A stretch of 64,000 nt of DNA, from the sequence record OL770310. One strand, written 5' to 3'. This document shows, in pieces, positions 18,500 through 25,966 of the stretch. This DNA comes from Escherichia phage PSa2. Position numbers and translations under genes: made by a program. Position 1 is the stretch's first letter. Each line of letters begins with the position of its first letter. The notes under the pieces were generated by a model. It did no database searches. It saw only the letters and a list, made by a program, of their open reading frames with translations, and was not told where the DNA came from.

Positions 18500-19204
18500 A
18501 TGGCTGGTTCTCGTAGAAAGAAACTTATCCATGAAATCCCTGATGAAACCTTTAAAAAGGTTATTGAACATTTGGAGAATGGTGGTACTAAGAAAGCAGC
18601 ATGTGAAATGCTCGGTGTTTCTTCTAACCCAACTATGGAACGAATGATTGAAGAATGGAGAGATCGTCAGGTTCAGGTTGCGGAAATGAAAAAGAAGAAG
18701 CGTGGAACACTGATTGAAGGTGTTGAGCTTGCAAACGTAATTGAACAGTATCTTTCTGGTGATTCTTTTGAAGAAATCGCAGATCGTAATTATCGTTCTG
18801 TAGCGATGATTAAATCTGTTCTGGAACGTTATGGTGCTCTGCTTCGTTTAAACGATATTGTTGATCCATTGAATCCACCGCTGATTCCTGATGATGCAAT
18901 GGCAGAAGAATTTGAAGTTGGAGAACTTGTTTGGGTTCCTGGCTATCAGTGTATTGGTGAAATCAAGAAAGCAATGACTAATCCAGTTGGCTGCTATCGT
19001 GTTTGGTTGTTATCAGAAGGTAAACAACAGAACGTTCACTATATGCACTACGAATTAGCTTCTGTTAAACATCTGGAAAAGCTGGGTGTTGATGTTAAGG
19101 CTCTGGGCTTTAAGTGGAGTCGTGAAGAAGTTATCACGTTGGTTAATGAAGCTGTTAAAGCTGCCCTGAAACTAGATAAAGAGAAAGGAAAACGTCGTGA
19201 GTAA
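18500..19204 (+). CDS. putative HTH DNA-binding protein
   Basis: 234 aa; N-terminal helix-turn-helix (HTH)-like segment GGTKKAACEMLGVSSNPTMERMIEEW. Confidence 0.55.
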   Translation: MAGSRRKKLIHEIPDETFKKVIEHLENGGTKKAACEMLGVSSNPTMERMIEEWRDRQVQVAEMKKKKRGTLIEGVELANVIEQYLSGDSFEEIADRNYRSVAMIKSVLERYGALLRLNDIVDPLNPPLIPDDAMAEEFEVGELVWVPGYQCIGEIKKAMTNPVGCYRVWLLSEGKQQNVHYMHYELASVKHLEKLGVDVKALGFKWSREEVITLVNEAVKAALKLDKEKGKRRE

Positions 19205-19451
19205 ACTAACTGATCTGTTAAAAGCTGGAGACGTAAAATATCTCCAGCGAGATAGCTGGGAAAATAATGCCTATTCTACCACTATTATCAAAGTAGATGT
19301 TGATAATAATGACATCATAGAATTTACTTGGTGGTGGTCTAAAGATGGGCGTACTAAACTCACGCTAGACGATGCATCGTGGAAAACCACTGAGCTAACT
19401 CTAGACGAAGCTCTGGCCGACGATTGGGAGATCGTTGAACTAGATGTGTAG
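19197..19451 (+). CDS. hypothetical protein
   Basis: 84 aa ORF, start overlapping upstream stop. Confidence 0.45.
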   Translation: MSKLTDLLKAGDVKYLQRDSWENNAYSTTIIKVDVDNNDIIEFTWWWSKDGRTKLTLDDASWKTTELTLDEALADDWEIVELDV

Positions 19452-19471
19452 CAGTTACTGAAAAATTTCAG

Positions 19472-19500
19472 TTGCTTAATCCTGTAATTCTTGATATAAT
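19472..19500 (+). promoter_or_regulatory. early promoter (TTGCTT-N17-TATAAT)
   Basis: -35 19472..19477, -10 19495..19500; ATG at 19559. Confidence 0.6.
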
Positions 19501-19558
19501 ATTCTCATAGTTTGAAAGAACTATTCTGTTTAATTCTTAATTAAGGAAATCGAAAAAT

Positions 19559-19969
19559 ATGACTACTCCAACTCAGTGGACTGATGAACTGTTCGAAAAA
19601 ATGTCTTCCGACTACGTTGCTCGTATGGAGCAATTCCCAGAAGATGAGCGTCCGGGCGTTAGCATGGAAATTGTTAGCGAAATTGCTCAGGAAAATGGTG
19701 TAACTCCGAACGGTTTCCGTATGAAGCTGACCAAAGCAGGTCTGTATATCAAGAAAGCTGCTGGCTCTACTTCTAAATCAAGCGCATCTACTGGAGAAAA
19801 AGCTTCTGGTGGTTCTCGTACTTCCAAAGCTCAGGCTCACTCCGATCTTCGCTCTGCATTCTCTGATGCTGGCTTAGCCCCGGACTTCCTGGACGACGCA
19901 ATCATCGACAAGCTGACCGGTAAAGCAGCTGCTCATCTGGCAGAAGCTATCCGAGCTATCACTAAGTAA
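19559..19969 (+). CDS. hypothetical protein with one HTH-like repeat, host-like codon usage
   Basis: SEIAQENGVTPNGFRMKLTKAG matches the repeat unit of the 22695..23462 protein; CTG/CGT/GGT-rich codons. Confidence 0.55.
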   Translation: MTTPTQWTDELFEKMSSDYVARMEQFPEDERPGVSMEIVSEIAQENGVTPNGFRMKLTKAGLYIKKAAGSTSKSSASTGEKASGGSRTSKAQAHSDLRSAFSDAGLAPDFLDDAIIDKLTGKAAAHLAEAIRAITK

Positions 19970-20005
19970 TTCTTAGATAAATCCACCAACACAAGGAATA
20001 CAGTT

Positions 20006-20302
20006 ATGAATAAAGCTGAAATTATTGCTCAATGCGAAAAATTTGGTGAGTTTTATCTTCATTACGAAAAACTTCGTCAGAAAGGAACCACGTACCTTCA
20101 GGGTACGATGGAATTTGATCCAGCTCAGGATAAATACCTGGCTGAGCGTATTAAACGTGAGCGCATCCGTAAGCCGAAAGAAGATGAAATCCTCGTTTTC
20201 TCTCGTACTAACGATAGCTTCCGTTTCATTCCTGTTGCGAAAGTTCGCCGTGTGACGAGCCTCCAGTCAGAGTTAGATCGTGCTTCTCCAGTAGGCCGAT
20301 AA
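20006..20302 (+). CDS. hypothetical protein
   Basis: 98 aa ORF followed by a terminator hairpin. Confidence 0.5.
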   Translation: MNKAEIIAQCEKFGEFYLHYEKLRQKGTTYLQGTMEFDPAQDKYLAERIKRERIRKPKEDEILVFSRTNDSFRFIPVAKVRRVTSLQSELDRASPVGR

Positions 20303-20312
20303 GAAACCAATT

Positions 20313-20340
20313 AGCCCCTATATGGGGCTTTTTGTGTATT
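20313..20340 (+). terminator. rho-independent terminator
   Basis: AGCCCC-TATAT-GGGGCT hairpin followed by TTTTGTGTATTT. Confidence 0.6.
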
Positions 20341-20352
20341 TGGGATATGTAA

Positions 20353-20661
20353 ATGAGCGATCAGGTAAATCAAAACTATGAAGGACACATTGACGACCAG
20401 TCCATCATGCTTTGGGAGAAGGACGGGGAACAAGTAAGACTAACCGTATCTGAATTTCGTGGGAATCTATACATGGGAATTCGTTACTGGCTCCAAGATA
20501 TTACTGGAGAGTGGTTTCCAACGAAATCCGGCTTCTCTTTTCCTTATACCCTAGAAACTACATCACATCTATTTTACGCTTTTACGCAAATCCTCAGTGA
20601 ATCCGAGGTCTTGCATGAAGTACAGAAACGAGCTAAAGAACTCAAAGCCAAGAATGCCTAG
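20353..20661 (+). CDS. hypothetical protein
   Basis: 102 aa ORF. Confidence 0.5.
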   Translation: MSDQVNQNYEGHIDDQSIMLWEKDGEQVRLTVSEFRGNLYMGIRYWLQDITGEWFPTKSGFSFPYTLETTSHLFYAFTQILSESEVLHEVQKRAKELKAKNA

Positions 20662-20680
20662 TTCTTGGCTTTTTCTTTAT
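20646..20680 (+). terminator. rho-independent terminator overlapping stop codon
   Basis: AGCCAAGAA...TTCTTGGCT stem followed by TTTTTCTTT. Confidence 0.6.
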
Positions 20681-20688
20681 AAATGTAC

Positions 20689-20717
20689 TTGCTTTAGACT
20701 CAGTTTTGTTATATAAT
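20689..20717 (+). promoter_or_regulatory. early promoter module (TTGCTT-N17-TATAAT)
   Basis: -35 20689..20694, -10 20712..20717, leader ATTTATATAAATTGATGAGAGAT, ATG 20749. Confidence 0.65.
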
Positions 20718-20748
20718 ATTTATATAAATTGATGAGAGATATAAATAA

Positions 20749-21720
20749 ATGACTAATGTAAAAGAATTTATTAAACGCTGTCAAGAAGCATATTATCAAG
20801 GTATGTCTTTAATCTCTGACGAAGAATATGATCGTCTGATTAAAAGATTCCCACTAGAGGAAGAAATCGGACCGAAAGGTGATATTCCTCATTTGTATCG
20901 TATGTATTCTTTGCAGAAAGTCTATTACGGTCGCGGTGATAAAGCTCCATTCAATCCATTAGGTCAGGTTGAAACTGATAAGTTAGATGGTTGTGCGATT
21001 TCTCTATTATATATTAATGGTGAATTTGTTCAAGCGTTAACTCGTGGTAACGGTATTCTAGGGAATGATGTAACGCATAATGTTAAAATGCTGAACATCC
21101 CCAAAACTATTTCCCAAAAAGTACCAACTCAAATCACTGGTGAAGTTCTCATTACTAAAGAAGTAGAGAACAAACGTAACTACGCTTCGGGTGCTATTAA
21201 CCTGAAAGACAGCGATGATTTCATCCAACGTATTGGTGAAGGTGGTTTAATCTTCGTTGCATACGGTATCCAGTGTTCAGCGGAAACAGTCGGTATTACA
21301 GAAGCCTATTTAAAAGATATGCTTTGGCTAGAGAATGAGAACTTCTTGACAGTTGTTAATGTTCGTTCCTTTTTTAAATGGATTCCGACGGACGGTAAAG
21401 TTGTTCGTATTAACGACAACAATAAATTCTTCCGTGAAGGTTGGACTAATAAATTTCCTCGTGGTGCATTTGCTATTAAAGAGGATGAAGAAGGCGAAAT
21501 TACCACACTTGTTAAAGTTGAATGGCAAGTAGGGGCTTCTGGTAAAGTAACTCCAGTTGGTTATTTCGAACCGGTGATTATTGATGATGCCACAATCGTT
21601 AAAGCAACTCTTAATAACGTTGATTATATTAACGCTCTCGATTTAGAGATCGGTTGCCAGATTCGAGTGATTCGTGCTGGTGGTGTAATCCCTTGTATAG
21701 TAGAGCGAGTATACGACTAA
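20749..21720 (+). CDS. NAD-dependent DNA ligase, N-terminal adenylation half
   Basis: Adenylation motif ETDKLDGCAISLLY (KxDG) and NAD-ligase Ia-like N-terminus. Confidence 0.8.
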   Translation: MTNVKEFIKRCQEAYYQGMSLISDEEYDRLIKRFPLEEEIGPKGDIPHLYRMYSLQKVYYGRGDKAPFNPLGQVETDKLDGCAISLLYINGEFVQALTRGNGILGNDVTHNVKMLNIPKTISQKVPTQITGEVLITKEVENKRNYASGAINLKDSDDFIQRIGEGGLIFVAYGIQCSAETVGITEAYLKDMLWLENENFLTVVNVRSFFKWIPTDGKVVRINDNNKFFREGWTNKFPRGAFAIKEDEEGEITTLVKVEWQVGASGKVTPVGYFEPVIIDDATIVKATLNNVDYINALDLEIGCQIRVIRAGGVIPCIVERVYD

Positions 21721-21770
21721 TTCGTAACCCTTTGCTACCCGTTTACCATGTCGGAATTATAAAGTGGTTA

Positions 21771-21799
21771 TTGACATTTTCGCCGCTTAGGTATATACT
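21771..21799 (+). promoter_or_regulatory. promoter between ligase halves (TTGACA-N17-TATACT)
   Basis: -35 TTGACA 21771..21776, -10 TATACT 21794..21799; only an 8-codon ORF downstream. Confidence 0.45.
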
Positions 21800-21863
21800 A
21801 TTATCATTCAGTTGAGGGATAGAAAGTTATGGCGAGGGTAAGCAAAGTTAGTTAAAATTGTAG

Positions 21864-21892
21864 TTGCTAAATGCTTAAATACTTGCTATAAT
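21864..21892 (+). promoter_or_regulatory. early promoter module (TTGCTA-N17-TATAAT)
   Basis: -35 21864..21869, -10 21887..21892, leader ATTTATATAAATTGATAAGGAAG, ATG 21920. Confidence 0.6.
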
Positions 21893-21919
21893 ATTTATAT
21901 AAATTGATAAGGAAGAAAT

Positions 21920-22702
21920 TTGATGAAAATCGAAATTCCAACACAATGTCCCTCTTGTGGTTCTAAGCTAGATCTTGTCAACGGGCAATTATTCTGTAGG
22001 AATAAGTCCAACTGTCCAGCGCAATCAAGTAAGTTAATCGAGAACTTCTGCACAAAAATGAAGTTAAAGGGCTTTGGCCCGAAAACTATTGAGAAGCTGG
22101 AGCTGACTAAGATCTCAGAACTGTTTTACCTGACCGAAGAAGATTTGGTAGGAGCTGTGGGTAGCAAGGTTGCCGCTAAATTGATTAGCGAGTTAAATAC
22201 TAAGGTTCGCGGAGACATTGACTTTGGTTCAGTTCTCGGTTCTTTAGGAATTCCTCTTATTGGAGAGGTTGCAGCAAAGAAACTGTCCCAAAATTGCACT
22301 AGCTTCCACGATGTGAAGGCTGACGGCAAGGCTGGAGAAAATTACAAAACCTGGCTAAATTCCCCACAAGGCAAGGATGTTATTGAATTACCGTGGAAAT
22401 TCTCAACTGGTATCCGAGGTGCTAAAGCTGACATCATCATTACAGATGATTTAGTTGCCCAGCCAAATGGAATCACGGTCTGTATTACCGGATCTTTGCA
22501 AGATTTTGCAAATCGAACGGATGCAACAAACTATTTAGAAAGTCTAGGGTATACGGTTAAGAAGTCCGTTACCAAAGACGTCAAATACCTAATCTGTGAG
22601 GATGAATCAAAACGTTCTTCCTCATCTTATAAGAAAGCCGAAACGAATGGGATAGAAATCCTGTCGATTAAAGAACTATTGGAGAAAAATAATAATGTCT
22701 AA
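21920..22702 (+). CDS. NAD-dependent DNA ligase, C-terminal half (Zn finger / HhH / BRCT-like)
   Basis: Cys4 zinc finger CPSCGSKLD...CRNKSNCPAQ typical of LigA, in a separate ORF from the adenylation domain. Confidence 0.8.
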   Translation: MMKIEIPTQCPSCGSKLDLVNGQLFCRNKSNCPAQSSKLIENFCTKMKLKGFGPKTIEKLELTKISELFYLTEEDLVGAVGSKVAAKLISELNTKVRGDIDFGSVLGSLGIPLIGEVAAKKLSQNCTSFHDVKADGKAGENYKTWLNSPQGKDVIELPWKFSTGIRGAKADIIITDDLVAQPNGITVCITGSLQDFANRTDATNYLESLGYTVKKSVTKDVKYLICEDESKRSSSSYKKAETNGIEILSIKELLEKNNNV

Positions 22703-23462
22703 ACTGAACTGGAACGTAGAAGGTGTAACCGAGTCTCTGAAAGCAAAAGCCACTGCTCTGGGTGTTGCTGTAATCTCTCAAGAACAAGTAGCTGCTATCG
22801 CTGCTGAACTGGCTACCGAGACTGGTAAAGACGTTACCGCTCGCTCTGTTGGCTCTAAGCTGCGTAAAGAAGGTTTCGAAGTACAGAAAGCTAACGAAGT
22901 ACAGAAATCCCCGTGGACTCCTGAGCAGGAAGCTGAACTGGTTGATTTCCTGAACGCTCATGCGGGTCAGTATACTTACGCTGAAATCGCTGCTGCTGTA
23001 GCTGGTGGTCAGTTCGGTGCTAAGCAGGTTCAGGGTAAGATCCTGAGTCTGGAAATGACTGCTTCTGTTAAGCCAACCGAAAAAGCTGCTGCTGTTCGTT
23101 CCTTCACTCCTGACGAAGAAACTGATTTCGTTAATCAGGTTGTTGCTGGTGCTACTATTGAAGCTATCGCTGCTCACTTTGGTCGCAATATTAAGCAGAT
23201 CCGTGGTAAAGCTCTGAGTCTGCTTCGTGAAGGTCGTATCGCTGCTATGCCGGTACAGGAAACTTCAAGTGCTAAAACTCGTGAAGATCTGTTAGAAGGT
23301 CTGGATCTGGCTAACATGACTGTTGCTGAGATCGCTGAGAAAACTGGTAAGTCTGAGCGCGGTGTTAAATCTATGCTGTCTCGTCGTGGTCTGGTTGCTA
23401 AGGACTATGATGGTGCCGCTAAGCGTGCTAAACTGGATGCAAAAGCTGCGGCTGCTGAATAA
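22695..23462 (+). CDS. protein with four tandem HTH-like repeats, host-like codon usage
   Basis: Four ~35 aa repeats (AAIAAELATETGKDVTARSVGSKLRKEG / AEIAAAVAGGQFGAKQVQGKILSL / EAIAAHFGRNIKQIRGKALSLLREG / AEIAEKTGKSERGVKSMLSRRG). Confidence 0.6.
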   Translation: MSKLNWNVEGVTESLKAKATALGVAVISQEQVAAIAAELATETGKDVTARSVGSKLRKEGFEVQKANEVQKSPWTPEQEAELVDFLNAHAGQYTYAEIAAAVAGGQFGAKQVQGKILSLEMTASVKPTEKAAAVRSFTPDEETDFVNQVVAGATIEAIAAHFGRNIKQIRGKALSLLREGRIAAMPVQETSSAKTREDLLEGLDLANMTVAEIAEKTGKSERGVKSMLSRRGLVAKDYDGAAKRAKLDAKAAAAE

Positions 23463-23479
23463 TCTGGTAAATTAAACCT

Positions 23480-23511
23480 AAGGGGAGGGGGCTATGCTCC
23501 TTCCCCTTTTT
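23480..23511 (+). terminator. rho-independent terminator (imperfect stem)
   Basis: AAGGGGA...TCCCCTT stem followed by TTTTT; a second GAAA-loop hairpin GCACGAAAGCGTGC at 23521..23534. Confidence 0.5.
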
Positions 23512-23544
23512 GCATTTAGAAGGCACGAAAGCGTGCAAAGGAGA

Positions 23545-25017
23545 ATGACCTTGTTTAACGTGCAAGCTGTAGTGTTGAAGATGCTTCTCGCTTCTGAACA
23601 GAAGCAAATAGCATTGGAAACATTCTCAAAACTGCATAAAGATCATTTTAATGACGCTTTCTCCTCAATTTACCAAGCCGTCCAGAATTATTATAAGAAA
23701 TATAACGCAATGCCGTCCATTGACGCACTGATGCTTGAGGCCAATAGGAACGCCCGCCTTTCTCAAGCTCTTGTCGTCTTAGCTAACACTCAAATTCCAG
23801 AAGTGAGCATGGAACAGGCGCTTGAAGTCCTAGAAGCCGAATATACACAGGATCTATTCCTGAAACTTCTAGAAACAGACGTGCTTCAAGATTTAACAAT
23901 GCTGGATCAGGGAGAAATTCTCAACCGAGTTGCCTCCCTTCACTTAAAATTAGAAGAGAAAGTAACGAATACTGGAAAGGTATTCAACGCAGACACAATG
24001 CGTATTTTCCAGAGAGAAGAAGATACCAAACTGAACTTGATCGCTCTTGGTATTTGTAATGAGTTCGACGCTCAAATTGGTTTAGCTCGCACAGAAACGT
24101 TACTGCTTGGTGGTTGGCGTGGTACTGGTAAATCCATTATCTGTTCAAACATACAGGTTCAGCAATATTTGAATGGAGACATTGCTCCATATTTCTCAAT
24201 TGAGATGAAGGAGCACGAAGTGTTTAGACGTAATCTGGCTATGTTAGCTGGAGTATCTGCATTAGCAATGCGTAATAACACTCTTGAAGGTGCTGCTCTG
24301 TTGAGATTAGCCAGAACTAGGGCTAGAATGTTTAATGGTGGTGAAGAGCTTTTCGATAACTTCGTTAAGCAATACACTATGGCTAAAATGAGTGACTTCT
24401 ATGATATGGAAAGTAAACTCCTTGAAGGCTATGAGCTTCACACTCCTATGATCATCATTTACGATCCTGAACTGTCTATTACGACGGTTGACGTAGAATT
24501 AAATAAACTAGTTGCTAAATATGGTGATAAGGTTACTGTAGCTCTTCTAGACTATATTAACCAAACAAGACTTCCAGATTCAAAGACCATTGACATGTAT
24601 GACTGGAAAGAACAGATGGTTGTTAGTTCATCTTTCAAATCTATCTGCCAGAAACATAACGTGGCTGGTGTTGCCCCTTACCAGATTGACCAAGATGGTA
24701 GAACGCGTATGTCTAAAGGGATTCTTGATTCCGCAGATATGGCTGCTAATCTTAACGCTGCAAAAGCTGATAATGGTCAAGGTGCTATTATGTTTGATTT
24801 CGTTAAGACTCGTTCCTCTGATAGTGTGAAGTTTATGCCTAAGATGAACTGGGAAACTCTACGAATGGATAACACTACCAACCTAGCAATGGAAGATATT
24901 GCGCAAATGGAAGCTGAGTTCGTTATTCCTATTGAAAAGGATAAACCAGCTCAACCTAAACGTGCTAAGAAAGACAAAGCTGAAAATTCAACAGGTGAAC
25001 AGGCCAGCGATATATGA
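23545..25017 (+). CDS. DnaB-like replicative helicase (track start 23494; AAGGAG-supported start 23545)
   Basis: RecA-fold P-loop GGWRGTGKS; track N-terminus overlaps terminator hairpins. Confidence 0.75.
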   Translation: MTLFNVQAVVLKMLLASEQKQIALETFSKLHKDHFNDAFSSIYQAVQNYYKKYNAMPSIDALMLEANRNARLSQALVVLANTQIPEVSMEQALEVLEAEYTQDLFLKLLETDVLQDLTMLDQGEILNRVASLHLKLEEKVTNTGKVFNADTMRIFQREEDTKLNLIALGICNEFDAQIGLARTETLLLGGWRGTGKSIICSNIQVQQYLNGDIAPYFSIEMKEHEVFRRNLAMLAGVSALAMRNNTLEGAALLRLARTRARMFNGGEELFDNFVKQYTMAKMSDFYDMESKLLEGYELHTPMIIIYDPELSITTVDVELNKLVAKYGDKVTVALLDYINQTRLPDSKTIDMYDWKEQMVVSSSFKSICQKHNVAGVAPYQIDQDGRTRMSKGILDSADMAANLNAAKADNGQGAIMFDFVKTRSSDSVKFMPKMNWETLRMDNTTNLAMEDIAQMEAEFVIPIEKDKPAQPKRAKKDKAENSTGEQASDI

Positions 25018-25904
25018 GTAGAATAACAGAACTACTTGATCTGAAAGGCATTGAATACAAAGACACAGGTGGGGATATCCTCATCTGTTGTCTCAATCCA
25101 GATCATGATGATAAACACCCAAGCTTGCGTATTGACCCTGAATCAGGTATTATGCATTGCTTGAGCTGTGGCTTCGGTAGAGGAATACCGAGCATTTACC
25201 ATTATTTTAATGAGACTCAGTACAGACAGTCACCAAGATTGTCTCAAGTACGTAAAAAGATTTCAGAGATTAGGAATGGATCTACGAATCTTGCAATTCC
25301 TGAATCTGCTTACCTTTTCGAAGGTGATTTCCGAGGTATCAGTTCTAAGACCTTGAAGAAATATTTTGCTTTCCAACATCAAGCAGACTGGGAAGGCAGA
25401 ATTGTATTCCCAATAACAGATGCTGTTGGACGCAATATCCTATTCTTGGGACGTTCTATAAACAGTTCTGCCCCTCCTAAATACTTAGTAAAACCAAAAC
25501 AAGTTTCACCACCGATTTTCCCTGTACGATATAATACACCAGTTCTTATTCTAGTTGAAGGTATCTTTGATATGTTAAATCTAGAAGATAACGGTGTAGA
25601 TTATGCTTCTTGCTGCTTTGGTACACATCAGTTTACATCTGATAACATTGCCGATAAGTTCAGTCCTTACATTATTGCTGGAGTAAGAGTAGTAGTTATC
25701 CTATTAGATAATGATGCCTCTGGTAATAAAGCTGCGCAAGCATTGGCGAAGCTAATTCGTACAAAAACACGTTTAACACCTGTAATTGGTAACTTCCTTC
25801 TTCCAGAAGGCAAAGACCCAGGTGATTTAAATAAAGAAGAGATCGATATGTTGGCTCAACGTATTGAAATTTTAGTTGCCGAATCGCTCAAAGATTTGGT
25901 ATAA
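25014..25904 (+). CDS. DNA primase (zinc-finger/TOPRIM type)
   Basis: Zn-binding CCLNPDHDDKHPS...HCLSCG, TOPRIM-like LILVEGIFDM and VVILLDNDASG; ATGA overlap with the helicase. Confidence 0.8.
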   Translation: MSRITELLDLKGIEYKDTGGDILICCLNPDHDDKHPSLRIDPESGIMHCLSCGFGRGIPSIYHYFNETQYRQSPRLSQVRKKISEIRNGSTNLAIPESAYLFEGDFRGISSKTLKKYFAFQHQADWEGRIVFPITDAVGRNILFLGRSINSSAPPKYLVKPKQVSPPIFPVRYNTPVLILVEGIFDMLNLEDNGVDYASCCFGTHQFTSDNIADKFSPYIIAGVRVVVILLDNDASGNKAAQALAKLIRTKTRLTPVIGNFLLPEGKDPGDLNKEEIDMLAQRIEILVAESLKDLV

Positions 25905-25966
25905 TATATTGGTAAGTTAGAGAAGAAACACTGAAGTTATACTTACTTACCAAAAGGAGACTAAAT

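Noticed and set aside
20025-20310. Alternative-frame ORFs 20025..20255 (+) and 20125..20310 (-)
   Set aside because: Both overlap ORF 20006..20302, which has the better start context and a downstream terminator; the alternatives are low complexity.
22668-23177. 169 aa minus-strand ORF
   Set aside because: Antisense to the highly codon-biased HTH-repeat gene; Ser/Phe-rich, no motifs, opposite to all neighbouring transcription.
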